Both the position numbers and the translations under genes were made by a program. This document shows, piece by piece, positions 11,771-24,753 of a DNA stretch of 64,000 nt; the first letter of the stretch is position 1, and each line of letters starts with the position of its first letter. The notes beneath the pieces were generated by a model. It had not been told where the DNA came from, made no database searches, and worked only from the letters and a program-made list of their open reading frames with translations. This DNA is from Trichoplax adhaerens (taxonomy: Eukaryota > Animalia > Placozoa). Location of the stretch: the NCBI RefSeq assembly GCF_000150275.1, contig NW_002060956.1:1424280-1488279 (forward strand), read 5' to 3'.

Positions 11771-14271
11771 ATGCTTAAGAACGACAGGATATGGATTACT
11801 TCACTATTATTGCTATTGGTTACATGTTCTTGGTGTGTAGAATTAACCTTTGAATTGCCTGACAATTCTGTCGAGTGTTTCTACGAAGATCTAACCAAGA
11901 ATGGTAAAACAACGCTTGAATATCAAGTAGGTTCTTTGAGTGGATGTCTTACTTTCCACTTTCTTTAATCACGATATTCATGTCTACTCAAGTCGCGTTT
12001 TTTCCCCCCCTCCATGACTGGTTCCAATTATCCATGTTAAGCCATTTTAATGCCTACCCTATCGATAGTCATGTCCATTTTTCCATCTTCAAATGATTGG
12101 CGTAGTACAATACTGTGCGTATGTCATCATCATAATCGATATCCTAATCAGAAGCCGGGTGGGGTGTCCAAGAAGGGGGAAAAAAAGGCTTCCTCTTCAC
12201 GCTATAGGCCCTACTTTACTTTCTATTTTCTCAAAAGAAAATCTTATAGTCATTGATCAGTAGTAGTTGTCAGTTATAGCAAGAAGAGGAAATTGCTGCC
12301 GACGCTTTGGAGATTGGTATGGACTACATCAAGTGTGACCAATCAACCAAACACAATTTCTCAAATACTGGATTACGCGTACGTCGTCTACGCGTAGTTC
12401 TTATAAGAAACAAGGGTCTTTAAAATGAGATCAATCCAACGATATCCATTCTACTCTACAGCATAATCCATTGACTTGATCCAGTGAGACTAAAATCTTC
12501 TTCTGAACAATTAAATGCTACTTGTCAAACTCTGTACAGCAAAATAGGCCTTGTATGTTATTCAAGTACCAACAAATTCGTCCAGAAATAAACCATGACC
12601 TACTCAATGAAGATGGTTGAGCGATTACAGTGTTAATCCATGGCTTTCATATCATCAAGTTAAAACTTTTGTGTGTAAGCTCTACAAATGCCTGTAGTAT
12701 GCTTATTCTTAGTTGTTAATCCGCAAAATATCTCGTCACCTACTCGAGTAGAGGAGTACTCAATAACAATTCTGCCAATCATTCCTTCCAATTAGACCTT
12801 ACTTGTTGGACTATTAATGCTTTCACAGACTTTACCGTTCTCGACCGTATTTCAAGTTTCATGCCTGCTATCCAGCAGGTAGTTCTAGTCAATCCATGTC
12901 CTTATTGATCACATAGAGCCAAATTGATACGTTATGTTAATTGTATAAATGCTATGTATTCACAAAATTGAATGCTTTCTGCTTGCATGAAGTCAACATT
13001 CGTGGAATGATAAGCTCTGTTAGTTTGTCTTGTCTAGGACAGTGTATGGCTACAGTGTCGTCAAGGATTCATCGTTTAGTAAGCCTGGATTTTGAATTTG
13101 AAGCAATGGCCTATGTCAGCATTTGTACTGTATAATGTATCCCTATATCAATCACGATAATGGATCTACTTGTTCAATGTCTATATATAATGTTAACGAG
13201 AGCATGGACCACGAAACTATGATTTTTTCAGTAGTCCATGACTAGACGTTAGTTACGCCTAACGTAATTTAGGCTTTGAGGCGGCTTTTCTTCTCGCTTA
13301 AAAACCGGCTGAAATCATCAAATTCGGATACTGCAGTGACTTTATCATCTAGCTGACTACGATCTAGCAAATAGATTTAATTTGTATCCAATTTAGACAT
13401 ATTCTGTATATCTCAGCACTCATAAAAGAGCATCATTTTCAATTAACCAATGATCACACACGGTAAGAACATCATCATCCTACCTTATAGCAAAAGAGTG
13501 CGGTGAATGATCCCATTCGTCATTTCGTTACTACAGTCATTAGGTCGAATAGAATGGGCTAGACGAAATCATCTCCTTGATTATCAGTATCCTTTACACA
13601 AAAATAGGATAGGCCATGTCAAACTCTCTGCTCGACTAAAGTAGAATGAGGTTTCTCATCTCAACTGTTGTAGAAATAAAATGAAATACGTATACATTTG
13701 CAAATGGGTTAGCCTAACAACGGATTCGATTAACAAGTACTTTTTGTTCACAGCTTGTTAACTCTACTCCATTATTTCAACTCCGTTTTCTCTGTTGTAG
13801 GTACTTTCTGGTGGAAATTACGATGTCGATGTGGTTATAAAAGGTCCAGATTCCGGTCAGATATACTCTGGCCAAAGAAAACAGTATGACAGCCATACGT
13901 TTTCAGCGGAGTCCGATGGCGTTTACAGTTTCTGCTTTAGCAACGAGTTTTCATCATTTACTCATAAAGTCATCTACTTTGATCTAGTCGTAGGTGATGA
14001 AGCACCTATTTTGGATAGACTGAACAAGAAGCAATCAGCTCTGACACAATTAGAGAGTTCATGTGTGAACATTCATGAAAATTTGAACGTTTTGATCGAC
14101 GTTCAGACTCATCACCGTAATCGAGAATCTGCTGGAAGGAATTTAGCTGAATTATTAAACGAGCGGGTATCATATTGGTCGGTTGGAGAATCGGTTATTA
14201 TTGTTATTATAGGCATTGGTCAAGTTTGGCTTTTAAGACGATTTTTTACTACTAAAAAGTCAACTCTGTAA
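11771..14271 (+). CDS. TMED7: p24 gamma family (GOLD domain) cargo receptor, TMED7/TMED3-like; exons 11771-11926 and 13801-14271
   Basis: Signal peptide, then VELTFELPDNSVECFYE...TLEYQ|VLSGGNYDVDV...YSFCFSNEFSSFTHKVIYFD...LNERVSYWS, a TM segment and LLRRFF tail. Phase-0 GT-AG intron; AATAAA at 14345. Confidence 0.93.
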
Positions 14272-14769
14272 TACAGCCAAGATACTATTTTGCGTATTAT
14301 GTAAACATTTTTTTTTCCAGTTTCAATCTTCAATTAATAATATCAATAAATTAATTAATTATATACTGTATGTTCTCTTTTCCTTAAATAAAAATTGGTT
14401 TCACCACGGTCTAAATTTTTGGGTTTGTACTGCTATGACTATCCAATATCTCTCTTACCTTGTTATTTACGGTACTACAAACTGAAATGGATCTTTTGCG
14501 TGCTACTAAAGATGCGTGCATCACTATCTTTTTTTAATAGTGTCGTATTCATTGACAATGTTAGAGCTAATATCTGCTTAAAATCCCATTGCATGAGTTG
14601 TACTCTGGATTGATATTGAAGTTTGCAAAGGTATGAAATTACTCTAGAAAGTTACTATCATTCTATCACTGTATAGAGCTGGACGAATGCAGTTCCATCA
14701 GTGTTTGAGCAACTGCATTTATTAGACTTTAAATTGGTATTGTAAAATGGGCAGGACTCACCAGAGTAC

Positions 14770-15240
14770 TCAGAACATGGAAGCTATCGTTCCATGTTGT
14801 TGCTGAATTCATGACTCCTACAATATTCCAATTTCATGAAATGACAGTCCATGATGGCAATGCTCAGAACACGACGAAGCTATCATTCCATGTTGCTAAA
14901 TTCATGACTCCTTCAATATTCCAATTTCATGAAATGACAGTCCATGATAGTAGTACTCAGAACACGAAGCTATCGTTCCATGGCATTACTAAATTCAAGA
15001 CTCATTCAATATTCCAATGTCATGAAATGACAGTCCATGATGGTAGTGCTGAGAACACGACGAAGCTATCATTCCATGTTGTTGCTAAATTCATGACTCC
15101 TTCAATATTCCAATTTCATGAAATGACAGTCCATGATGGCAATACTCCGAACACGAAGCTATCGTTCCATAGTATTACTAAATTCATGACTCCTTCAATA
15201 TTCCAATTTCATGTAATGACTCTTCATGATGGCAATACCA
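14770..15240. repeat. Tandem array, about 5 copies of a 93-96 bp unit with alternating A/B variants; open in one + frame (ORF 14811-15377)
   Basis: Core CAATATTCCAATTTCATGAAATGACAGTCCATGATGG; translated units of 31, 31, 32 and 31 aa. Confidence 0.93.
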
Positions 15241-16047
15241 ACGTTCCGCACTTGATTTTCATTTTGCAAGTACTCATGACATCTGTCTCGTCAATCTCTT
15301 CCTTTCCCTTCGATGATCGTATTCGTTTTAGCTCAGCAGGACATTGCCGCTATCACTTTCATTTTATTTTCATTTGACAATCAGCTATCAATGCAGGTCC
15401 AAGGCCAGCATGCCATCCTCGATTGCAGAGTTAGTGATGTAATGGAGCATCCGCTTTCTGTTGTATCCATATTGTTGACATAGTCCTAAATGAGTGCAAT
15501 ATCCTATTTGCATACACAATACATAGAGACTGCACTAAAGTGAGATTATTTGGACGTCTTATTACAGTCTGTCTAAAGTCTTCCAAATTCTCATGCCTAC
15601 AAAAGTATAATATTGCGATGGGCAGTCAAGGCAGTATAAACTTGCACCATCATAATCAGTAAATAGTAGAACAGAGTTGTCCTATTCCTTCCCATCACGA
15701 GACTTGCTGTTGTGTTGTGGACTGTACAATATATTACGTTGTAGTTGTTTATAAGTGGAATACAAGAGTCGAATTTTCTCGCTGATCTTGAGTTAAAAGT
15801 TAATTTCATCAGCTATACTCTGGTCCCATCGTACACGCCTGGAAGGAGAGAAATCGAGCAAGATTCCAAAATGGTACAACAATAATTCTAGTCAAAAAAT
15901 GTCGCCCATGTCTGATTACTCTATTGATTATAATAATGTAATGCATTGCAAAATGAACGTGGATGACGGTGAAATTCTGTATCATATTGTTGTGAATAAT
16001 TTGGGACTGTTATCGAGTTGATCCTTTCATGGAGGATTTTTTTTTTC

Positions 16048-16472
16048 CTGCCGTAGATCATTACTTCTCTATCAGCATGCATTGACGTAGGATAGAGTTG
16101 CAAGAATTGTCCCAATTTCATCACCACTATCTTTAGTAATGCTGTTGGCTTACCATAAAATTCAATGAAATGATCAGTCTCTATGCAATGTAGATAGATT
16201 ATGAAGTTTTCTTGATGACATTTGTTCACAGTACTTTCATATCAGCAAGTAACTAGTCTACAGTATTTATTTTATTTTTCTGCTGTAGACCACCACTTCT
16301 CTATCAGCATGCATTGGCATATAATAGAGTTGCAAGAATTGTCCCAATTTCATCACCACTATCTTTAGTAATGTTGTTGGCTTACCATAAAATTCAATGA
16401 AATGATCAATCTTTATGCAATGTAGATAGATTATGCAGTTTTCTTGATGACATTTGTTCACAGCACTTTCAT
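16048..16472. repeat. Two-copy direct duplication (16048-16240 and 16280-16472)
   Basis: Shared AGAGTTGCAAGAATTGTCCCAATTTCATCACCACTATCTTTAGTAATG and flanks. Confidence 0.93.
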
Positions 16473-16837
16473 TTACGGTTGAACTAGTTATCAAATAACA
16501 AAACGCCTTCTGAAGCATATGTATATATATATACAAATGACCATCAGCAAGTAGCTACCGTAGTCTGCAGTATTGATTTTAACGCCGATATCATAGCAGT
16601 ATCGAATGTACAACATATGGATTAAGAAATGAGTTCAATCATTTAATAGTTCGAATAGTTGATAGGCTGAATTAATATTCTAATTGATGAAATACAGCAA
16701 CATATTACTCTAAAATCGTACTGACAATTTCATACTGACTTGGAATTTGGAAAGCAAGTCGATTCAACGTAATCGTTTTCGTCTGATAATTTTATTATTC
16801 TTCATGATACTGCCATTAACTTATATCACTTTCTATC

Positions 16838-19235
16838 ATGGTAATGGAACAGGCCGCCGAATTACCTCAGCAATCTATTGAAAGTAAGTAACAAACTTTC
16901 ATTATGATGTTCTAATCCATACATAAAATGCACCCTACTGATTGAAATTGTAGCCAAATAATAGTATAGGATAGAAATTGAATAGAGCCAACTTTCGAAT
17001 TTACTCCAGGTTATTGTTAGCGATTAGTATGAGTAGTTTACTGCATAGAGGTTTTTACCTCTATGGTGAAGAATATTAATAAGTAAAACTAACGTTGCAG
17101 TCTTACAGGAAGTTGATCATTTACTTAACACACACAAAGAAAATATGGATGTTATTGCAACTTCCAGTTGCGAAATTCTACGATCCTGTATATGCCAATT
17201 TGACACTCTAATGCAATGTAGTACTGTAGTCGTATGAATATTATCCCCATAGCGCAGTCCAAATCCATTCGTGATTGTACTGCCTAGCTACAGCATTAAC
17301 ATTTCAATATAAATCATGAGTTCAAAGTGATGACCAATGTCTTGCATCTATTCCTTTCGTTGACTTCTTTGATAGGAATGATTCGATTAAACGAATCATT
17401 TGTTGAGCTGTATAGTGTACATCTTTGAAAATTAGATTATATGCTGCAGTCCTATCATTGATGATAATTAATGATATCTATCTCTCTCTCTATAATTATT
17501 ATTTATTACTCAAGCTAGTGAGGGAAGTAGTAGCTGGTGACATGAGTAGATTTCATCTGGACTCCAACTTAATTATTTCTGAAGTAAATCTTTAGTGTCC
17601 TCGGAGCTTGCTAGCAAAATGGCGTATTAAATAGAACTGCAAAGCATAGTCTCGTAAAGTTTACTCGATTTTACTACTGTTCTACATTCTGTAGCCTGTT
17701 GCTAAGAATGCTTAATCCCAAGTGTGAAGTATGAGCTGTACAGTGTACGTCTTGAAAATTAGATTATATGCTGCAGTCCTATCATTGATTATTATTCATT
17801 ACTCAAGCTAGTGAAGAAAGAGTCGCTGGTGGCATGAGTACATTTCACCTAGACTCCAACTTAATTATTTCTGAAGTAAATCAATAGTATCCTCGGAGCT
17901 TGCTAGCAAAATGGCGTATTAAATAGAACTGCAAAGCATAGTCCCGTAAAGTTTACTCGATTTTACTACTGTTCAGAAACATTCTGTAGCCTGTTGCTAA
18001 GAATGCTTAATCCCAAGTATGAATTTAGAAGAGATTCGTTCTTCGCTCAGATTCACTCTATCATTGTTTTACAACCATTTTAATAAAATCAGTTTGTGTA
18101 CTGCATAAAACTGCCAAGTGTAGTCCTAGAAAGTTTATTTGACTTAGTACCATTAACCATTCTTTATTCTGTTGCTGATAAGCTAGTGCTTCGCTCAGAT
18201 GAAATGGATCATTTCTTGTTTTATAACACTTTAATACAATCAGCTTTTTTGTCAGTATAAAGTATATCAACTTGAACTTATCAAGTCCTGAGGAATGATC
18301 ATTCAAACGTAAAATTTTCAACCTATCAAGGATATGCAATGGTATTTCATTACAGTCTTATGCTAATTTTCACTAACCAGGATTCAAGGAATGCTTCAAC
18401 TATTACGATTTCAATCATACGGGTACGATAGCAATGGATCAGCTATCGCTTGTAATGCAATCTCTAGAATTCTATCCAACACAATTGGAACTTAAAGAGA
18501 TTATTCGCCAATACGATAGACGAGGTGATTATCATTTATCGATAGACTGCTGTAAATGGAGTCAATCAATATCTGGTTTAAATAGTAACTAGAGACTCGT
18601 ACAAATGCCGTGATAAAATTTGAATCGATTGTAAATGAATACCTTTAATTATATACTGCATGACTGTAATAGACTCGTATGTTGACGATTATTTAATTGA
18701 TTTTGATGACTAATGGTATATGTGGAAGGCGTAACATTCCCTGATTTTCTCGAAATTATGGCTGGTCTGGCACAGAGGAATTTGAACACGGAAATTTTAG
18801 AAGCATTCCAAGCTTACGACGAAGCAGGCACTGGTACAATTCACATACGTGATCTGAAAAGAATTTTACAGACAACAGGGCAAAAGCTATCGTCTGCGGA
18901 TAGTATGTATACTAATAGAAATGATAAGTCTTTTAATAGTTCAATTTTACTAATCGCAACTACAGTACTAAAGTACAACACCATCATCCTTTCCTATAGT
19001 TAAGCATGCTATGGAGCTAGCAGGAGCTGGAACTGCTGAAATCATCCATTACAGAGGTTGGTCATAATGCAATTATGCTTGTAGATGGTGTACATTTCTA
19101 GCTTATTTCAGGTTCAATGTAAATGCTTAACTAGATTCTTCATTTGCAATAGATTTTGTAGGGAAAATAGTTGAGGCTACGAAACAGAACGGTCACCATC
19201 AAGATAGCTTGCGTACAAGAACAAAGAAACGATAA
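16838..19235 (+). CDS. Calmodulin-like EF-hand protein (CALML4-like), 5 exons: ~16838-16883, 18381-18524, 18730-18902, 19000-19056, 19153-19235
   Basis: Spliced product MVMEQAAELPQQSIERFKECFNYYDFNHTGTI...PTQLELKEIIRQYD...VTFPDFLEIM...EILEAFQAYDEAGTGTIHIRDLKRILQTTGQKLS...IHYRDFVGKI...KKR*. The calmodulin-family pattern is clear, and KECF..YD resembles CALML4. Confidence 0.82.
17405..18018. repeat. Two-copy tandem duplication (~300 bp) in intron 1 of the calmodulin-like gene
   Basis: 17405-17722 versus 17733-18018; for example TCCTCGGAGCTTGCTAGCAAAATGGCGTATTAAATAGAACTGC occurs twice. Confidence 0.95.
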
Positions 19236-19380
19236 CTTGCTGCAGCCGAAAGTAATTTTGGAAGACTTTCTACATAAGCCCTAGATTGAAGATGTATACG
19301 CCGTCTATACAGTAGATTCTACGAGCATATAAAATAATATGTGTATATTAGGATAGTGTATATTATATATATGTGTATAT

Positions 19381-20190
19381 TAGGATAGTGATACACTTTC
19401 CTCTATTGCCAGAACGTTGTATTTGAAGTCCTCAGCTATTTCAAGATGAATCCATATGTATATATATGTGGACACTTGTAAAAGCGTTTATTCTTCCTAT
19501 ACAGAGTTGATAGCTGCTATAACTGTCCTCGCTACACTCGCTATATATTCATTTCGATCTGATATCAATCAATTACGGTGGATAAATACATCCAGCACAA
19601 TTCTTTAGAATTAATTGAATTTTATTGTTGTACTTCGACGGTTAATGCAGGGACTAGTAAAGAAGAACCTCATTAGTAGACCCTTGTTGATGGTACTATA
19701 CACGTCTCTATTACAAATTATAAAGGACAGCATCCAGATTTTTTCAACTATAAAAATGACGTCCTTGGTACCACCATACAAGTTCAATAGGATAGTGATG
19801 CACTTTCCTCTATTGCCAGAACGTTGTATTAGAAGTCTTTAGCTATTTCAAGATGAATCCATATGTATATATAGAGAGACACTTGTAAAAGCGTTTATTT
19901 TTTCCTACAGAGAGTTGATTGCTGTTATAACTATCCTTACTACACTCGCTATATATTCATTTCGATCTGATATGAATAAATTACGGTGGGTACAACTCTT
20001 TAGAATTATGCCTTAATTGAATTTTATAGTTATACTTTGACGGTTAATGCAGGGACTAGTAAAGACGAACCTCATGAGTAAACCCTTGCTGATGGTACTA
20101 TACATTTCTCTATTACCAATTATAAAGGACAGCATCCAGAATATTTTCAACTATAAAAATGACGTCCTTGACACCACTATATAAGTTCAA
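19381..20190. repeat. Two-copy tandem duplication (~407 bp) between converging 3' ends
   Basis: TAGGATAGTGAT(A/G)CACTTTCCTCTATTGCCAGAACG starts at 19381 and at 19788. Confidence 0.95.
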
Positions 20191-20633
20191 AAAAGCAGCA
20201 GCCGCTGAATACTACAGTATTATAACCATGCACCTAAAATTATTTTATCTGCACGAGTAAGAGCTAACGCAATGGAAAATTTCAGAATTGATATCCATAT
20301 TTTTTTATTACTGCAATTGTATCTGTCACAACTAACTATAGAGATTTATAATACACAGTTATCTTACTTTGTAGTCTTTATAATTCGATACAGAAATAAA
20401 AAATTCATACAAAATTGAAGGCATAACTTACGCTATGCATGAAAATTTCGCTACTCTTAACAAACTCCAGTTGCAATGATACGTTAATATGCGAACTCTA
20501 ATACTGATATCCATAACAAATACATATCATTTTAAAATGTATATATATATACAATATATATGTCATAGAGCAGAGATTACAATCAAAATTGATAATTATG
20601 TTCTTACTGTAACATCATTGGATATGAATTTAA

Positions 20634-23278
20634 TTAGTGGCTTTTGAAATTGAAATGAGGCATATGGGGCATAGATACATTCGGTCCCATACTTTTAACA
20701 GCACTGATAGCGCGTGCTGGAGCAGCAGTAATTCCAGCCTAAAGAGTTGTAGTAGTGGTTGATGAATTTAGTGATAAAGTAGAGAGAAAATTTATATGAC
20801 ATTGAACTAACCTCTGATTTTTCTGTCTTGGCCTGAGCATCTAAGTGAGTTAAAACATCCGTCATATTCGTTTCTAAAACCATTCCTCCCATAACTATTT
20901 CAGCCAGGATATAATGCACCTTGAATCATACGAGCATACAGTTGATATTAGTAACCTTTGCAGGAGTCGATTTGACTTTAATCAAGTTGTAAATTAACTA
21001 CAAGCGCCTTGATACAAGGGTTACTATGGGAATCAAATTTCAATTTTAAATCTTTGAAACTGCAAATTGATTCAATTTTATTATTATAGTATGGCAGTAG
21101 TATACGCTATTTCAAACCTTATCAATATGGAAGATTAGATCGAGTTCGCATACATTTTCAAAGTGTTTGTCCAGTGTTTCAACGAAAACCTTTACATCAA
21201 TAAGAGCATTTTATTTTTCGATTGCAAACGATGAAAATGAATCCATTGTTAATTCGTTTGATTAGTATTTTTCTCATTCAAATTTAGCCCCATGTATGAT
21301 TGAATATTACGGTGTTAAACTATTGATAAAAACCTGAATTAAATCAAGAATTCCAAGTTCACTTTCGGAAGAGTCGACGCAAAAGACAAAGTATAAGGTG
21401 GCATAGTGTCGATAGATTAATTTGTAACCAGAATCTCCACCTATTAAACTGGTCGAAATAAAGTTGGATAAGTTATTTTAGACTGGTGCACACCTTCACC
21501 TGAGTCAACACTATTCATCTTATTCTTACACTACTCGATGTGCATTAACACTATGCAATGGATGCTATAAGAAATTGGAATTGATCAAGTTGAGGTTACC
21601 TTCCTCCTTCCAAGAAATTGCAGACATTGTCATCACGTTTGGATACAAGATGGTAAGTCTCGCGCAGGATTTGCTGTTGAATTTCTTCACTCTATTCCAT
21701 TATTCAAGAAAAGGATATCAAAAATGGATGAAAAAAAGCTTCTTTACTAAAAGTGGACTCGGGATTCTATTGGATGATAGAACGACTACTGAAGCAACTA
21801 CTGTATCCTGTGAAGCCGTTAAGAATAATGACGAAAGGTTCTTTAATGACAGAGGACTTTAAATTCTATTGGAGTGATAAAACAACTGCTTAATTGACTC
21901 CTGTATGCTATAAAGTCGTTCAGTAACACCGTCCTTGCGGTAAAGTGACGAGTCGAGAACGACTTGATTCCCATAATGTATTATTGCATTGTTGAAGAAA
22001 AGGATATCCAAAATACATGAAAAAAGGTTCTTTACTGATAGTGGACTTGTCGTTCTATTGGATGATAGAACGATTACTTAAGCGACTGCTGTATGCTATA
22101 AAGTCGTTCGCATCGCCATCATTACAGTTATATGTTATTCCATTATTGAAGAAAAGGATATCCAAAATACATGAAAAAAGATTCTTTACTAACAGTGGAC
22201 TTGTTGTTCTATTGGATGATGGAATAGCAAGTGATAGAACAACTACTTAAGCGACTGCTGTATGCTATAAAGTCTGTAAGCATCGCCATCGTTGCAGTAA
22301 AATGAAGTGACGAGTCAAGAACGACTTGATTCCCGTAATGTATTATTCCATTATTGAAGAAAAGGATATGCAAAATCCATGAAAAAAGGTTCTTTACTAA
22401 CAGTAGACTTGTCGTTCTATTGGATGATAGAACAACTACTTAAGCGACTGCTGTATGCTATAAAGTCAGTAAGCATCGCCATCCTTGCTGCAAAATGAAG
22501 TGACGAGTCAAGAACGACTTGATTCCCGTAATGTATTATTCCATTATTGAAGAAAACGATACGCAAAATACATGAAAAAAGATTCTTTACTAACAGTAGA
22601 CTTGTCGTTGTATCGGATGATAGAATAGTAAGTAGAACAACTACTTAAGCGACTGCTGTATGCTATAAAGTCAATAAGCATCGCCATCATTGCAGTAAAA
22701 TGAAGTGACAAGTCGAGAACGACTTGATTCCCGTAATGTATTATTCCATTATTGAAGAAAAGGATATGCAAAATCCATGCAAAAAGGTTGTTTACTAACA
22801 GTAGACTTGTCGTTCTATTGGATGATAGAATAGCAAGTGATAGAATAACTACTTAAGCGACTGCTGTATGCTATAAAGTCTGTAAGCATCGCCGTCCTTG
22901 CATCAAAATGAAGTGACGAGTCAAGAACGACTTGATTCCCCTAATGTATTATTCCATCATTGAAGAAAAGGATATGCAAAAATACATGAAAAAAGGTTGT
23001 TTACTAACAGTAGACTTATCGTTCTATGGTATGATAGAATAACTACTTAAGCGACTGCTGTATGCTATAAAATCAGTAAACATCGCCATCCTTGCAGTAA
23101 AGCAAAATGACGAGTCAAGAACGACTTGATCGCCCTAAATGTATCCTTGTAAAGCTTCCATACCACTGGAAATGTGCATAATTTGAAGACATGAACTGCA
23201 TCAACTTACGTAATATTCGAAGAACTTCATCAAGCGCGGCTTGCCATGATTATTAAAAATCATTATAGCCCTAATCAT
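20634..23278 (-). CDS. AP3S: AP-3 complex subunit sigma, 6 exons
   Basis: MIRAIMIFNNHGKPRLMKFFEYY|SEEIQQQILRETYHLVSKRDDNVCNFLEGG|...KLIYRHYATLYFVFCVDSSESELGILDLIQ|VFVETLDKHFENVCELDLIFHIDK|VHYILAEIVMGGMVLETNM...|AGITAAPARAISAVK...*; very close to known sigma-3. Confidence 0.96.
21692..23135. repeat. Intronic tandem array, about 7-8 copies of a 165-200 bp unit, filling AP3S intron 1
   Basis: Recurrent TTGAAGAAAAGGATAT...ACTACTTAAGCGACTGCTGTATGCTATAAAGTC...GACGAGTCAAGAACGACTTGATTCCC. Confidence 0.95.
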
Positions 23279-23794
23279 GATGGAAAAGGTATCTACGATG
23301 GCTGGAGAAAGACTGCTTGGGGATTCAAAATGGCCAAGAGTGAAAGTGGACGCGTAGTAAAGGATAGCTTGGGCTAGCTGCACTCGCTATATACTGTATG
23401 AAACAGTCGAGAGAATAGGGTGTAATACCATTAAGCCATTGACAAACAGCAACGCCATAGGCTAGGGCTAGAGGCAGCCGTCGAGCGATGTGTCATCCTT
23501 GATCACGCATGCCCAGTGGAAAGTCGCCATCGGTGAGGCATTACTATGGAACGCGGAGGAATCCATGGTACCGTATACAGCTTGGGTTGATCAGACGGAC
23601 GGTGCGACGACTGCGGCAGCAGTTCCGCCATTCCAATTTGTCTTCCATTTCAACTTGCAATTTCACTGTTGATGTTGTCGTAGGAGATGCATTTGCTTGA
23701 ATGAGTTTGCAAGTAGAAGGAGTTATAGTACAAGTATTGCCTTTGCCTTCAAGTGAGGAAAAGCAAAGGTTAGGTACAGCGATGGCACGGTTTT

Positions 23795-24612
23795 TGGCCA
23801 ACGCAACAATGCATCTGTTATGATACCAATAATATTAGTTCTAGTTGTTGGGCTGTTCTGCTGCAGTAAATCAGCTCTCTTTCGAGCTCTCCAGCTAGGA
23901 TACACAAGCCAAGTAGAGGATATTGCAGTCCATTTTTACTGTACTTATGCTCAGTGCACAGCCGTGTATCAATCCAGCATAATATAGCTACTACAGTGTC
24001 TCCATTAGCTAACGCAACAATTCATCCGTTACAATCACAAGTAGTTCAAAGTCAGCAATGGTGAACGCTAGGACTGTTCTACTGGAGTAAGCTGTCTCTT
24101 TCTCTCTATTTAAGATGGACATTGCACACTTGTACAGTCGTATATCCATCGAATAGAACATCGCTACTATAGTGTCTCAAATTGGCCAACGTAAGAATTC
24201 ATCCATTACGATATGAGTAGTGTATCAATTGAAATTTAGCCAAAGTTTGCAACAGCCAACGCTAGGACTGTTCTACTGCAATAAGCGTTCTCTCTCTCTC
24301 TAGCTATCATGTACAAACAAAGTAGAGGACATTTCAGTCCATGAAGTCCCTGTCTGTAAAAAAGTTCATCGTGTGCATGTACCTTATTACTGTCCTAACG
24401 CTCCTCCGCAGCCATATATAGATCTAATATAGCATAGCTACTAGCCTAATACAGTGTCTTTGGCCAATGTAACCATTCATCTGTTAAAATACGAGTCGTG
24501 TACAAATTGAAATTTTTAGCCAAAGCTAGCCATAGTCAACGCTAAAAGGGGTCTACTGAAGCAAGCTTTCTAGAGCTCTAGCTAGGATACATTAGTGAAG
24601 TAGAGGACAGTC
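23795..24612. repeat. Degenerate tandem repeat, about 4 copies of 180-280 bp
   Basis: TGGCCAACG...TCATC motifs at ~23795, 24005, 24182 and 24461; CTAGGACTGTTCTACTG and AAGTAGAGGA recur. Confidence 0.7.
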
Positions 24613-24753
24613 TAGGCCATGACTAACTTGAATACAACATGCGTAATAACAGTACAGTTTCTATCCATCCGACTTGATGAAATGCTTGTCAACTTGATCA
24701 AGAATCGAGTGGACTGTAGAAGAGACTCGTTTATTCTACTGGATTAATTAATT

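Noticed and set aside
15921-16536. Two similar ORFs on the minus strand
   Set aside because: Similarity comes from a DNA duplication; no domain or splice support.
21706-22980. U12-type donor-like ATATCCTTT on the minus strand in repeat units
   Set aside because: AP3S splices cleanly with canonical GT-AG sites; the motif is part of the pyrimidine tract.
21945-23130. Hammerhead-like GTGACGAGTC...GAC in the AP3S intron repeat
   Set aside because: Lacks the C of CUGANGA and the GAAA after stem II.
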